In this document: one piece after another, positions 11,533 to 26,185 of the stretch
Numbering within the stretch: the stretch's first letter is position 1
Layout of the letters: every line of letters starts with the position of its first letter
Origin: Bugula neritina
Taxonomy: Eukaryota > Animalia > Bryozoa
Assembly (NCBI GenBank): GCA_964035545.1
Contig: OZ037770.1
Span: forward strand, 11,862,463-11,926,462
Reading direction: 5' to 3'
Length of the DNA: 64,000 nt
Program-made: the position numbers and the translations under genes
The notes under the pieces: model-generated
What the model saw: only the letters and a program-made list of their open reading frames with translations
Told to the model about the DNA's origin: nothing
Databases searched by the model: none

Positions 11533-14500
11533 CCAGGTAAACTCATTGGCTGTCTGTTTATTCTAGTCTAATAAAATTCTTATTGGAAGTATAGCAAAAC
11601 AGTAAAAGTTAGATTTTACAGAATTGATTTTATTAGCACACTGTTTTAACACTTTGATAAATGGAATGCTCTTGAAAAGCATAATAATCATTAGCTTAAA
11701 TACTAAATTGAAACATTCTCTTTTTCAAAATTGTCACCTCGTATGCATGTCCCTTTGTATGTATATTTGATCTGCGTGTACAACAACTTTAATCTATAAC
11801 TATAGTACTATAAAGCAATTAATATTATATTCAGCTCTGAGCTTAACTATTTTTCACTAAAAGGCTTGATAAGAATAAAAATAAAAATTGTCAATTTTAA
11901 AATTATGGACATTTAGAATTGATTTATTTCTATTGGTTTTTTTTTCATGAAGATTTACAATACAAATTTCAGACATGTCTTGATTATTGGGGTTGTCTCA
12001 CACGACTTAATAATTTTTTCTCATTTCTTGACATTCTAAAAGTGGCTTTAAAATACTTGGCATGTAGCTGCAGTAACAACTAAAGTACTATAATATGCTG
12101 AGTATACTTAAACTAAATGTTCGTTATTTAAAAAAAGCTGCGAATTGCAACTTCAAGGCGTGTCTCAAATTAACCTTATGATATTGTGAAATGATTTCAA
12201 CTGGTCAAAATAGCAATAGAAATTTTATTGCTTTATAAATATGATTTATTAAAGAAGATTAGTTTAATCTATTATAATGGTTTTATACAAAATAATATTA
12301 CAGGATCCTGTTTGATCTAATCTTAGTGCATGCATTCATGCGCCTTTAAATTATAATTTTGTTTGATTAGGTGTCGGTGAGCATTGAAAGGTTGCATACT
12401 ATTTTAGCTAGATGCTAACTGAATGGCAATTTTCGCCGCTGGTTTTGATAAGATTTGCACGTTAGTACTATTTAATGATACAAACTAAACACACCAAGAT
12501 GAAAAGACTTTCATAAAGCAAGAATTTCAGTCAATGCTAAAACTATGCAAATGCCAATCAAGTTATTTTCAGGCGATTTTTTAAATAAAAGAGTTATTTA
12601 TGAGATAACCATATGTCATCAGTCAAATCACAATTGTACTATAGTGTATATTTCTTTGTGTATTTTTGGAGGCTACATTTTAAAGTGGTTTAATTTAACT
12701 TAATATACTTTAATCATTAGTTTACTTCATCAATATTTGTTTAGCCTCTGTTTTGCTGCAAGATTGAGCGCCCTGACCACATGTAGGCAAGTTCCAACTG
12801 GATTAAGTAGCACTGAGTCTATTTTTGTTGGTACTTCATGCAGATGCTGCTAAATATGCAATGAAACTTATACTGAAGCATATGCATTATTGTGCGTGCC
12901 GTATTATGAACATTTGATAGGTGCTAACAAAAGCTGTTGCAAAACAAAATGGGAGCTTTTGTATAGGGGCAACTTGGGTACACAATTAATGTACAGCAGA
13001 AAAAAAGCGGAAATGCTAAAAATTTTAATGTAACAAAGTTAAAATGTAATAAAGAAAATGTATTGGCAATTTTTCTTTGAAGAAAATCATTAGGTGACCT
13101 GCCAAAGATAAAACTCTTGATATAATATATAGTCCATGGATTTAATAACTTCACTTCTAAAGTTTAAAGTTAAACGAAAAGCTATAATGCAGCTGGATTA
13201 AAGCGAATTAGACAGACATTAGTTTTCCACTTGACAGAAAGCTTCCTCGGTGTCACAAATTTAGTCTTAAAATAGTTGTGCATCTAAAGGATTAGCAAAC
13301 ATGTATAATTTTAAACTAATTTTAAGCAAGTATTAACTAAGGAAATCGGTTAAAAATGTTGATTACTATTTCTTGGTTGTGGCTCTGTGAGTCAAGACTG
13401 GCTGAGGGCATTGAGGTGCAAGTTGGTGCCAGGGTGTACTTTGGCAAGTTCAACAAGGTTTATATTTATCTAAGATGTTTTTTGTTTCGGTAGTAGAAAT
13501 AATCGTATAAGACGACGTAACCTCTTGAGATGCACATCTGGCAACCAAGTTTGATTCTGAGGAGAGTATGTCGCAACCTCTTTACTTCCAAATCGGGAAA
13601 CCTAGCTTGTTTGAAATTTAATGATAAAATATGAAAAAGTTTATAAACATTATATAACAGCTTTAAGGTAAATTAACAAAAGTACTTTGCTAGCCCTTTT
13701 TATTCATATCTTTTGAAAGACAGAGTCGTACCTTATGCTATAATCCTTAGCAAGTTAGGTGCTACATACTGGACAGGCACCTAAAGATCTTGCTTTTATA
13801 TTTTGCAATAAACTCTATATTTATTGCACACGTACTTCACGTCAACACAACCAAGTCAATACCAAATCTGTTGATGGTGAAACAGATGGCAACAGAGTTT
13901 TAAATTTCTTACCACACTTCCTTTTACGTTTTGTAAAAAGCTATGATTAAGTAAATGATCAACTGAAATAAATAGCCATGTGTAGGTAGATTGTTTAGAC
14001 AGCTTACAAATTACTTTAATTCTGTCTATACACTCTTAACAACTCTTATTTCATTGCAGACTGAAAACCGGCTAAAGATTTACCTTTTAAGTGTATGGTA
14101 CTCCAAGATACAAACTGAAGCATGCAACATTAAAATATGATTAACATTTTCTGCATTTGTAACTTATGTTTCATAGAGGCTATACAGGTGCTAGCCAACA
14201 GATATGCACGATGCATAAACTTAGCATATAGTAAAACAAGGAAATGATTTCTCTATATTGCGGACAGTAAGTGGGTGGTTAATTATTGGAAAAGATAGTT
14301 CAGTAGCAAATGTGATAAAAAACCTTTGAAGGTTGTAATGTTTTTTCTTTTAATAGTTTTTCTTCTCAACTTGCTTGTGCTTTCTTGAAACTCTTACTGT
14401 ATTTATAACAAAACAAAACATGGTGTGACAGAAGACATTTGATATAGCCAGCAGTAAAATGCTCAATAGATTAAATTTATGGTGATTTTTCAATCTATAC

Positions 14501-17500
14501 TAATAGCTTTTATCCCGAACGTTGATTTTTTACATCATATATAAACATCACTGATTAGGCAGTACTAAATAGCGACTTTTTTCGCATACTGCCAACCAAA
14601 TCTTGTAATAAACCCAACTCCTTTGAGGTAAGGCCTTACATAGCTACCATCCCTAGATGCATAAGTTAAATACTTATAAATGTCATCAGCTCTTTGGTTT
14701 CGCAATTGTAGTTCGGCAAGCACATACGATTTTTCTTTGTTTTCTTCATCAGTTTACCAGGTCCCAATATGCTACATGGGCTACGCCTACATAGATTCAT
14801 TATTTTTCATAAAAAAAGCTTACGATCAGCTTTATTCTAGGTCTAAAGTATTGAGAGACTTAGCATATATATCTAAGGCGGTTATTTAATTACTTGTGAA
14901 GGCCTAAGTCTGTATAAGATAAATTAGCTTGCATTATAACATATTAAATCAAAACTAGACTTAGGTTTGTGTATAATAATAGAAAAGTAATGAAAAGTTA
15001 GGCGGATTAAACACGTGTCACATGACATGTAATTACAGAAGTCCAGCACACGCGCCTGCTTTATTTTTATGTCAAACTAGTTGAAGCTGTAAAACTGCAA
15101 CCGCAAGATGAATGTGAACTATTTGAATGTTGACAGCGTTATTAGCCATTCATATTTTGAAGCACTACAATTTGTTTTATAATTTAATTTCATTTAAATA
15201 CTTTCATATAGAATATTGATTTTTGCTCTTAAATCAAAAGCTCAGCATAATGAGAATTATATAACTGAAAAATAGGAAATGAACTTAAATGAAGCAGAAG
15301 TTTTCAATCTAGCTATTCATAAGTTATTGCTTTATAATGATTATATATTAGAAAAAAATGAAGGCCAAAAAATTTTTAAAAAATTGAAGCGATAAACTAA
15401 TAATAAGAATTATTCTTGCTATAACGAACTTCGCTTTGACTTGGAAGGTTGCCAAAAGGTATTGCACGTTTTAGTACTTTGAGATAAAAGATAGCATCTT
15501 CTTCTTAGTATTTTATAGAGCTATGCTGCCAGTCAGCTGGCAGGCTGCTATGAAAGATGCTATCTTTGTTTAGTGTGGTAGTTGTGAATGTGGAAGTAGC
15601 ACTATTATTGAGTAATGTCTTAAACTTCCTGAGTCAGATTAACCTAATGATATGATAAGAATCCTACTAATAGCCTTTTTCCTCTCCTTCTAAGAATCAA
15701 GATGTTCATTTGTGGATCTGCATTTTTGAGTTCTCTTACACATAACACGCGACTCAGACATTGAACTGCAAATTAATTAAAACTACTTATATAAGCAAAT
15801 CTTCAATTTATAAATTATTGTTTTGTACCAACAGCTACAGTGTTATTAGTTTTCTAAATGAAACATCTGACTATAACAAATAGTTTTTTTAATTTAACTT
15901 TATGCCAATATAAAGTAAGCATGAAAGCTCTGATCAACTGTTATTGTTGTTTTCCACTGAATGTAAATTTATAATGAATCAAACTCTAAAACAACTATTA
16001 TTTTGTATCTTAAAAATAAAAATATACTTGATTCCGAGCTATTTGAATCTTTAGCACTGCCTACACTTTTAGAAAAGTGACCAGAACATGATATATTTCC
16101 AGTTTTCTGTAAAGCTGAAGTGTGCTCACCAAATTACACATTTACATAAAATTGCAGCAATATTAAATTATATCAAATCTGATCAGCTCTATAAAATACT
16201 AATTTTTGCTATGTTCTTGTATTTATAAAACTTTTTTAGCTATTGTTTTGCATCTGAGAAGCAGTTGTGAGAATTAAAAAAGAATCTGTTCTTGTACTTT
16301 TAGTTATTATAGTAATCAGTATGACTTAAGGAAACCATTGCAGGTGAGTTTGATACTTTTGGCACTACGAGACTTTATGTAGTAAGCATTTCCCTAGATC
16401 TCAGTCTAAGGTTAAGGTTCCAGGTTTTAGCAAGTCACTTTTGACAAAAAATGTTTGTTTTGTGCTCTATTCTGGTAAACCTGGTTTAATCAGAAGGCTT
16501 CACCTTACCACCCCGTAGTTAAAAGATTTGCCTAGCTTGTTTTCCAATAATTAGCTGCATATAGCTGATACATAGATGCAGGTGTAAATAACTGATCACA
16601 TGTTTCTGGCCATTGACTATCAGCATGCTCAAAAGAAAGGAAAGGTAGCAGAGTGAGAGAAAGCCATGAGCAGCATATTGCTTCATTACTGTTGAATTGA
16701 TCTAAGGCTGACTGCAGCTGGCCTTTGAACCTGTACCTAACTTAATAACTTCAACTTATATTAGACTTCTTCAGTCTTACTAAGTAACACATATAAGACA
16801 CTCCACTTTGACAGCCTGAAAAAAAGAACAATTCAGTTATATTATTGTTATATGAAAATATTATAGAACCAAAAATATTTTTGTTTATTACGAAGAAAGC
16901 TAGCCCTGGTTGAATGCCATCATATAGATTCATTTAATGACAATAAACCTTCTTGGAGTATGGTAGGGTTAAAAATGTAATCTCACAGAATATATTTGTC
17001 AGCAAACTTTTCCATTGATCTCAAAAATATATTTCAATCATATACAACTTTAGATGACACATGCCGCTAATGTAATTAATTTAAAAGTTATAGCTTCCAG
17101 CCGAGAAGCTAAAATTAGACAAAACAATGCATTAAAAATTTGTTGAGTAACATTAAACAAGAAATATTGTTGCTTCATGCCATTATATTTCATATTGGTT
17201 ACCTGGACACTATGTTCACAGTTCAACAGTTTGCCTGACTGCCACTTACCTGTTCTGCCAAGCACCTAGCAAATTAACTGCCAAGTATCTGGCAGGTAAC
17301 TTGTGCCAGGTGCATTTTGCCGATTATTCAGCTTTCAGTAAAAATCAATCAATCAATAATCAATAAAACATATGATATATTTTTATTGGTAATTTAAATT
17401 ATATATAAATTTGAATTTTAAGTGCATCCTTATGCTAATTATACGTGGACAGTTCATTTTCAGCGTTTTAGTTTTGTCACGATCTCCTCTTTAATATAAT

Positions 17501-19778
17501 TTCCTATTTTCTATCGTCAATCAGTCAATGCATTGAATGCACAGCTGTTTCCTGTCACAGAGCTTTGATAAACAAACTTCTGCCTCAAACTGAAAAGTAT
17601 AATCTAAAAGGATGTTTTGGATAGAAATAATTAAACAGAACTTTTCATATAATAATAATATTTTGCAAGTTTTTCAAACTGATGCTGCAACTTTTATGAA
17701 TTTGTTGCAAGCAATCAAGAAGTCAACCAAGAGCATTATATATTACATAATCTCTACTGAATACTACTAATAGGTTACCATGTATGTAGCTAGTAGCGCA
17801 AGTCTAGCATTATTTCATTTGTCTGCTAGTTAAGTTTAGAATCATTGTGAAAGTACAAAAAAAGTCATTATAATACCTACTCTTTAAACAATTTTTTAAT
17901 CTTTGTAAGTTCTCATCACCTGCATCCTGTTCTAATATCTTCATCAAAAGGTCTTACTTGTGGGTGTATATTATAGCTACATACTAGAAATGTTTGAATT
18001 ATATAGCTTGTTCATTTTTTCAACATCAATAAATTTTTTGCTCAAAGTCTGTTAGAAAATGCAGAATCTAAATCGATTGCAATAAATATTTTTAATGTTG
18101 TCTATTACAGCAGAAACTGTTAAAAGAGCTGTCATTTTGATTATCCGGCCACACAAGAACAAGCCGATTAGCTAGAGTTTTTTATATCATCAAGAGATTA
18201 ATTTAACCCATTTCTCATTTTTATGGCCAAATTATTTTTCATTTTATCAGCAAGGTAAGCAGATTATCTCATAACTTCTGCACATTAATCTACTGAAAAT
18301 AAACTATAAATTGCATCACATATCTTGCTTATAAACTGCTTTGATTTATCTCACCTGTCACTAATGTCTTTCATGTCTAAAATAGCATCACCTAAGGTTG
18401 TTAATGCCAGAGACAAAAACTCAGATCTAAATGATTTAAAGTAGCTTCTTTCTTAATATAAATAGATAGCTTATCATTTGATGATAAAATACTTATTATT
18501 TCGGTTAATTTTGATTTTTCCATCATTGATATATTAGGTCGGTCTATTAAAGCTAGATCTATAGACTTCTATAAAACATTCCCTGGATCATACCTGCTAT
18601 ATCTCTATCTTATTAAAATGTATTTTCATTCCATTTTACATGTACAAAAGTAACTCATTGAAATGTTTATCTTATCACAAAAGTAATTCAATACATTTGA
18701 TTTTGCAGTAGCATCTAAGCATTAGTAATAATTGTGTACAAACACCATTAATTAAATTTTTATATAATCAATGTTTGCTGTCAGTATGGAATTCAATGAG
18801 TGTGTAATTTCAGTTCATACCAAAAAGCTCTATTTAATTAGGTTTTTCATCAAACAACTTATCCAATTTAAAACTCAATCGAAAACTTTTGTATGAAAGC
18901 TATTTTTACAAAAGCTTTTGATTTTTATGTTTTGTAACAATAAAGTTCAGATAATGGGTCGTGTTACTCATCTCATCTGATAATTTGGCAGTTAATTCAA
19001 TTATTTTGTGATAAAAACTATAGTTTTCACCATTTTTGAATGCTTTAAAACATGATCTTGGCAACTGGGTTAATTAAAACTTATGACCAGTTATACAATA
19101 CAATAGTGTGTGATACTGTGTGATAGAAACCAATGCAATAAATTCTGCTATGATTCAGTGACACTCCAAAAGTGTATTTAGAATTTGGCTAAAGTATATT
19201 TTTTAATATTTAGTATTTTTTAAATATTAATCAGTTGAGTGAGTCCAGTTAAAAGAATGTATTTAAAATATATTAGAAAATTTGGTAAGTTTAAGTTATA
19301 CAGATTAGGTGGTTACCACAAAATTAATTTAAGTCCATCTTATTTAGCTCCCAAGTTCATGAGTTTTTCTGGAACTACGGTGCAATATAAAATAGTATGT
19401 GCGGAAAATTTAAATATAACTTTATGAGTAATGTACAGCTGCGACCATGTCTAGTAGAGATGATATTTGCATACAATAAAAAGCTGTTGTTATTTTGGGG
19501 AGCAATGCACTTTTAATTATTGAAATCATGTCTGTGAAATTTGAAAACACATTCCTATGATTAATTCATCAAGCATATTTGCATTTTGTCAACATTTGAC
19601 ACCCCAGTGACTGATCTTTAATTTAGTGTCTAACTTCAATAAAGTTTTGATGGCAGTTTTCTGTTTTTTTGATATGCTTTGAGAACTGGTGCTAGCTAAG
19701 GCTAATACTTATGAACCAGTTTCAAAGTCGGTATGGGCATTGCATGAATGGTATTAGCAATATTGCGTTCTAAACTAA

Positions 19779-19895
19779 TTTACTTACTTACTCATAGATG
19801 GAGTCCTGTAACAGGGCTTCATCTCATATCAGCTCACAACATCTACTCTCTTTGACACTATTGACTTCCACACTTTTCTATCTTGTGCCAGATCT
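19779..19895 (-). mobile_element. 5'-truncated non-LTR retrotransposon (RTE-like) 3' end
   Basis: Minus strand encodes DLAQDRKVWKSIVSKRVDVVS* (the A-x-DR-xx-W motif typical of RTE-clade ORF C-termini), followed by a short UTR and a (TAAG)n tail. Confidence 0.55.
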
Positions 19896-20381
19896 AAAAA
19901 TAATTGATCAAATGCATGTTAGCAAATATTTTTTTAGGTCTTTTTGACAGAATTAACCAAGAATGTTTTTCTGAACCCACTATAGGATGCTCTAGACTAA
20001 GAATGTGTCCATTATTGACCAGTAACCTTGAACAATCTGCAGTCAATAGCTAAAGTTTTCTTGCATATGGCGACTGCTAGCTGTAATCGCTAGACAAGTG
20101 GATTATAGGCATCTATATTGACTGTCTCCATATTGTCGTACATCAGTTACAGTTAATAGCTCTTGCTTATATAATTATGCTTGTAGATAAATACTTCCAT
20201 TTATAAGGAAGCATAGATTTTCATTTATGCTTTATGATCTCTGGTAGACTTGTGTAGAAGTTACAACTTAAATGTAATTTATGATTTGGATGGAATGCTT
20301 TATCATACTTAACATCTGCTTTATCGATTTTCATTGATGACGATAGTTATGATTAACATTAAACAGTTAGTAAATACCTAA

Positions 20382-20580
20382 GGGAACAGCAGTGGTCTAG
20401 TAGGTAGAAAGTTGACCTAAAGCCAAATTCATGTGTTAAAACCCTAGCAAATACCAGTGGTGATGTTAGGAAGACCATCCAGTCATAATTGCCCCTGTGC
20501 CCCCTCTGAATAAGTCCTTAGCTTGCTTTAAAAACCCTTTCCATCACTGGTTTTTTACAGAGATAGTGACTATAAACTTA
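20382..20580 (+). mobile_element. tRNA-derived SINE, family 1 (diverged copy)
   Basis: Colinear with the copies at 36277-36483 and 45111-45324: GTGGTCTAG A box, core GGTGATGTTAGGAAGACCATCCAGTCATAATTGC, 3' end ACAGAGATAGTGACTATAAAC. Confidence 0.8.
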
Positions 20581-21049
20581 AGGGAGTTAGTAAATAGCTA
20601 AAAACTAAGAGATTGAGTCAAATAAAGACACTCTCTTTACAATGCTGGTGGATTTCACTCAGTAATTTGTAGGTGTGTTGATCTGCACTGGATATAAAAG
20701 GTCTTATCGTCAACTAGCAGCAAAACAGCTGCAGACAATGTGAGCATTGCATTGGAGAAATTAAAGAGGTTTAATTGCAAATCCACTCTTAAGCTTTTAA
20801 TCCTTCATAACTTCACAGCTTCCATAAGATTATAGTTCAATTACTGAATGATTTATAGTATATCAACTATAATTATTATGGTCTTTAATATGCCAACTTT
20901 TTTTTTCTACAAAACAAAATTCAGTAATGCTACTGAGTTTTATTCATATAGAGTTTTTGTGAGTTTGCTGCTGTTATCCCTGTTATCCCTAAAAGTGTTT
21001 ATAAAGCATAAAGTAGGCTAAGGGCTTTTTTCTAAAATGAAGCAAAAGC

Positions 21050-21132
21050 AATTCTGTGTTTGCATGGTGTTGAGATTCAAACCACTGACATTATGTGTAC
21101 TGGGCCAGCATTCTAACCGCTGCACCACTGCT
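21050..21132 (-). mobile_element. tRNA-like repeat head (probable second SINE-like family)
   Basis: Reverse complement GCAGTGGTGCAGCGGTTAGAATGCTGG...GTGGTTTGAATCTC has A and B boxes with degenerate stems. Confidence 0.5.
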
Positions 21133-23130
21133 AAACATAGTCACAATTAAATATTAGTTCATACAAAAATGTACCCAATTTCCAAGGTAACCGACAATTG
21201 CTTCACAATATTCACTAGTTAAAACTTTGATATGCAGTTGTGAGGATGCTACAAAAGTGGGTGAATAATAAAGTAAAATGCAACATGGAATTCATCTACA
21301 AATTTTATTGTAGGCATGGATACAAAATGCATTGGCCATGGTTGCATAAAGTAGCCTGTTTATAGGGTCTTTTTCTCATATTATGTTTTGTCAAATGGTT
21401 TGTAGAAATAATTTATTATATTAATGTTGTTAGATCACATGGAGGCTCTTTATGTTCCCAGATAAAGTTCTGAGCAGTTTGTATATAGTATATATAGTTT
21501 TCATCTCTACATCAATCTGTTGCTTCTATGTACCTTATTGGTTACATAGGAGGTATAAATGTTCCTTTGCTTCCATTTCCAGTTCTTTTTAACTCTTTTT
21601 GACAGTTAATGGGCACTATATCAGATTTTAAAATAACTGCAAAAACTTCTAACACTTAACTATATATATATATTATAGGAAACTATATTTTTGGTTGCTT
21701 TTATTGTATGTGGTTTAAAGTGACAATTACAGTTAAAAAATAAATTTATGGATCATGGCAGTTATTGAATTTATCACCAGAAATATAAATAACTTTAACT
21801 TAATTACTATAAATAATAATGACAGTTCGACTTTATAGTTCACACCGTTTCAGTTTTGCTGCTTTGATAATTGCTTTGAAGTGCAAAACAAAACATAAAC
21901 AATCATCGGGCTTAATTATTGCAAATATCACTTCCCTTCTTTGAATAATATTTGAACTTTTATCAAAAATATAACAGCTAAGCTTGTGTTTTCATAGTTG
22001 AAAAGAAATAGTGAGCTGGGAGATCTAGCTGCTACAGCCATGACATAACTTAAAGATTAAGAGCTACAATTTAGCATTAACGAGGTCATGAGCAGTCTGA
22101 AGCTATTTTCAGAATATCACATTGGTTTGAGGCAGGCGAATGTAGAAACAGATTTTATGATCACTGCCAAAAGTCTTGCATTAAACAATTACGATATACT
22201 TAAATTTAGCAGAATAAACGGAAACATCTACAACTTTTGAAAGCTTGCTCGAAATGGTTCAGGCAAATGAAGCAATAATTATGTAACCACCTCTTGTACT
22301 TGCAGCATTAAATAATAAAACACTTTTAAAGCTTAACACATTTCAGAACAATTATTAATTCAAGTGACGTTTTCAATCATTACTAGACTATATATGAAAT
22401 AGACTTAAGCACTGATTATTTTCAAGTACTTTCACAGGAACTAAGTGTCAAAAGCAACATACAGACATAAACTAATACATAATTATATGTACAACATTTT
22501 AAAGCTAATATCACCAATAATGTACTGTAAATTATAAATGCAATTATGTATGTGTGTAGCTAAGTTCATCAATTTTAATGAGCAGTATTCTCAAATTAGG
22601 CGAAAAAAAAAAATAAAAAATATCATTTCTTTGGTGTATATATGAATAAAAACAATGCCCTTAAAATAACAATTAACCTTGCTATATATAAGGTAATGGG
22701 TGGGTGTTTTATTAGTTGTGGCCAACTTATATGAGTTCCACAAACATGCCAAACTAGGCCAGGTTATTGTTAAGCATGATTTGTGCATTCACATCCAAAA
22801 GTGACTTTGCATTAATTTTTTGTCATTTGCAAAACAAGGAAAATCCGTGCAGTTTGCGTGATTCAAACGATGCTATGCTTATGTCCTGAGTTGTTAATAA
22901 TTCTTAGAATTCTAAAATTAAGTTATTTTTAAACTATCTTGTTCTCATATTTTAGTATAGGTGGCACAAAACAGTTCTGATAACTACTTTTTCACCTGCT
23001 GGTTCAACAATAACTAAGTAAGTAAGCGTAGGGCCACACGGCGCGTGACATGCAAGAAATCACATTTAGCCCAAAAAATGGACTTCGTGAGCAGGATTTT
23101 CATATGTCTAACGTGCTGAGCCATGTTATA

Positions 23131-23137
23131 AATATAC

Positions 23138-23218
<81 letters not shown>

Positions 23219-23242
23219 TATACATATATATACATATATATA
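23131..23242. repeat. (TA)n microsatellite
   Basis: Direct inspection. Confidence 0.95.
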
Positions 23243-25884
23243 CTGATCTCAAATAAAAGCATTAGAAATATTAATGGTTATTAAAAACTGCTATTCAAAA
23301 ATATATCAACATTTCAAAAATGCATACTGTCTAATAAACAGAGGTGAATAACCTCCATGGTGTCTGTCTCTTAATCCTTCTACGCAGAAAAATGATGGAG
23401 TCATCCAATATGAAGCTACAGTCAACTTTAACCTTTCAAAAATGTCATGGCCTGATGATTAGAGCTCTTGCTGTGCATGGTTATACCAGAGATTAGACTT
23501 AATTCCAAACCAACCATTTTAAAGTTACTAGAAGTTTAACAAAAGCACTTGAAGCAATTACTCCTGGACTACTCCCTAGCAATTTTAAGCTGTTGAGGTA
23601 GAATTTATATACTTCATAAATAGAGAAGGTTAGAGCAAGTTTTGAACTTTAATAAAGGTTGCAGTACAGACAGAAAAGTGCTTTATTTGGTAATAACCTA
23701 AAGGAATAACTATTGCAGCTAATACATATACTACTGTAATAACAGTTAAGGTTTCCTGCTCAGAAGGAATAAAAAATAATTATAAAATTCCATATAAATC
23801 ATTAACATGGAAAACTTTGAAAAACAGATCTACTTTTTTAATTCATTAAGTTAGCAGTTAACAGAAAGCAAAATTTTTCGACACCTTGTATTAGCTTTTT
23901 TATTTCCTTATAGAAACAATTTGGATGAAGGTGCAATTTACGTAAGAAATTTCACGACTTTTTGCCTATAGTTATTATAATTTTGACAAAAGTTGTTGAC
24001 CTTATTGAACGTCAACAACTTAAAATCTTGAACAAACTACCTAGCCAGCTATTGAATCATTTGCACAGGTTCAGGAGTTGACGTAAATGTGGCAGTGGTG
24101 GAAGTACTACACTCTGTACTGCCTCCCTTGTGGCTCATATAATTGAATGAGAGACAAACAGATTTTCACTCTTGATTACATAGCATAGAGAGATAGGTTG
24201 AAGTTTTTGTGCATAACAATACTTCATCTACATAAATTATGATAATGTGTTGTCAGGGTATCATTGCTGTATAATAAAGAGCAATAGGTTAGTAGGTTGA
24301 ACAGATTTTATCTATACCCAACTGGTAGCATTCGTACCATGCACTCAAATAACGCATATATCTTTACCTAGGTGATTCTTATCATTCAAACGTTATTGAA
24401 TATGTAATTCTAACCGCCAGAAATTTCCTGTTTGTCATCTGTTAATAAAGAAATGGCCTACTTTGAATTGTAGCTGGATAATCGTGAATTATGTGTACAA
24501 CTTTTATATCTATTATCCGGTTGCACAGAATGACTGCAAAACCTTATATTTGATCAACTTAATTACTCCTCTTAAGTATTAATGTTGAGTTAATTATATT
24601 TAGTGACTCTGACACCAGATTATAGCATTTAGAGTGTGGGGGCAGGTTAACCACTGGCTTATAGCATTGCCATTTGTTTCTGTTTGTACATAATACAAGG
24701 TAACCCTGTTACAATGTCGATATGTAAAAGCTCTACAGTATGCTGTGTGACTAAATATTTCCTATGAAGATCAGTCATGGATTCTTTATGATAAGCGTGC
24801 AAGTATAAATATTTTACTATTGAGAAAACTTGATATATGTTTGAAGCCTTCAGTGAAACCTATAACTCCAATCCCGGATCTATAATTACTTATCCCGAGT
24901 AGATGAGTGAACTCTACGTAAAATGACATCAAATTTATGCAACACAAAGTTGGAATATTTTATTAAAAACTATTAAAATAAAATTTAGACCAGGATAACA
25001 TTTGATTTATTCAATGGTAGCTGATATAATTTTTATTGTATTATTTTAGGCTTCTTTGTTATATATTTTAAAAAATAGCAGCCATTTTCTTTTCAGAAAT
25101 AAAATCTTGATGTATGAGTTATCCAAAGTTTTAAGAAAGATGTAGTCAGTTGGAACAGATTTATTTGATTTATGACTTTAGGTGTTTTCTCATAATCATA
25201 ACTTTAAATTATCATACTGATTTATATAGGCAAGGGAATTTATTGTCATAAATTCGTGACGGGAGAAGTAATGTATAGATGTATAAGAGATAAACAGATC
25301 TTCATTTGCCTATCCTATCCTCCCTTCTAAAGGGACTAGTACATTGACATTTGGTTAGTTCCGCTTTTAAACAATTTCTGGAAGTACTTAAGTATAGCTG
25401 CTAGATTTTCTTCAATTCTTTCAAAACACATAATTTAAACACCGGCAGTGATAATTAATATTTCGAAGAAAACTGATTGAACAACCATCTATCTTTAGTC
25501 AAACCTATCAGCTCTCCTAATCTTGAAGTGATAAAAAGATTAAACTGAATAAAAGAGGGATTAACATTAAAATCCTAAATCTTTTAAAATATGTATTGAT
25601 GTCAAAAAAGTTGAGCCCACTCTTGGTTTATGTTATTTACTAGTTTTTTAACTTGTGTCACGTTTACCTTTAGACCTGCTTTCAAATAACAAGAACCTTT
25701 CATGCAACAACATGGCTATAGTATTAGTAAAGAGATTAATGATGATGTGAATAGAGAGAGTTGTGTGCTTTTATAAAACTTAGGGCATCAAAACAAGTGT
25801 ATCTAAATTTGTATTCTATCTGCCATGTGCATTAGAAACTGGTGTTCCTCTAATAAACTAAAGCAAACAGCTGTTGAAGTCTTA

Positions 25885-26185
25885 CCGCCTATTCACACTT
25901 ACCGTATCGGACGCCGTAACAGCAAATATCAGCCATTTTTAATGTGTCCACGCTGAAGTTTTCAAAGTCTGCTATTAGGTACAATCTATGACACTTCATT
26001 GAATAATTATATCCAATGAATTAACGCAAAAGTTTTTCTGTCTAATAGGAGTCTGCCGCAACTTATTTGAATCAAGCAGTGTTTGATCTTACCGTACCGC
26101 AACACCTTACAAGAAGCTCAGACATTTGTAAAAATGGCTGGTATTTGCTGTTACGGCGTACGGTACGGTAAGTCTAAATAGGGGG
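25885..26185. mobile_element. MITE, PIF/Harbinger (Tourist)-like, ~301 bp
   Basis: ~60-bp imperfect terminal inverted repeats (left CCGCCTATTCACACTTACCGTATCGGACGCCGTAACAGCAAATATCAGCCATTTTTA; right reverse complement CCCCCTATTTAGACTTACCGTACCGTACGCCGTAACAGCAAATACCAGCCATTTTTA), flanked by TTA at 25882-25884 and 26186-26188. No coding capacity. Confidence 0.85.

Noticed and set aside
13380-14120. Minus-strand exon-like, GC-richer segments in the B-C intergenic region
   Set aside because: No consistent reading frame or recognisable protein motif.
3464-21132. Functional tRNA genes at 3464, 11458 and 21050
   Set aside because: A and B boxes are present, but acceptor and anticodon stems do not pair convincingly. 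Treated as repeat-derived.
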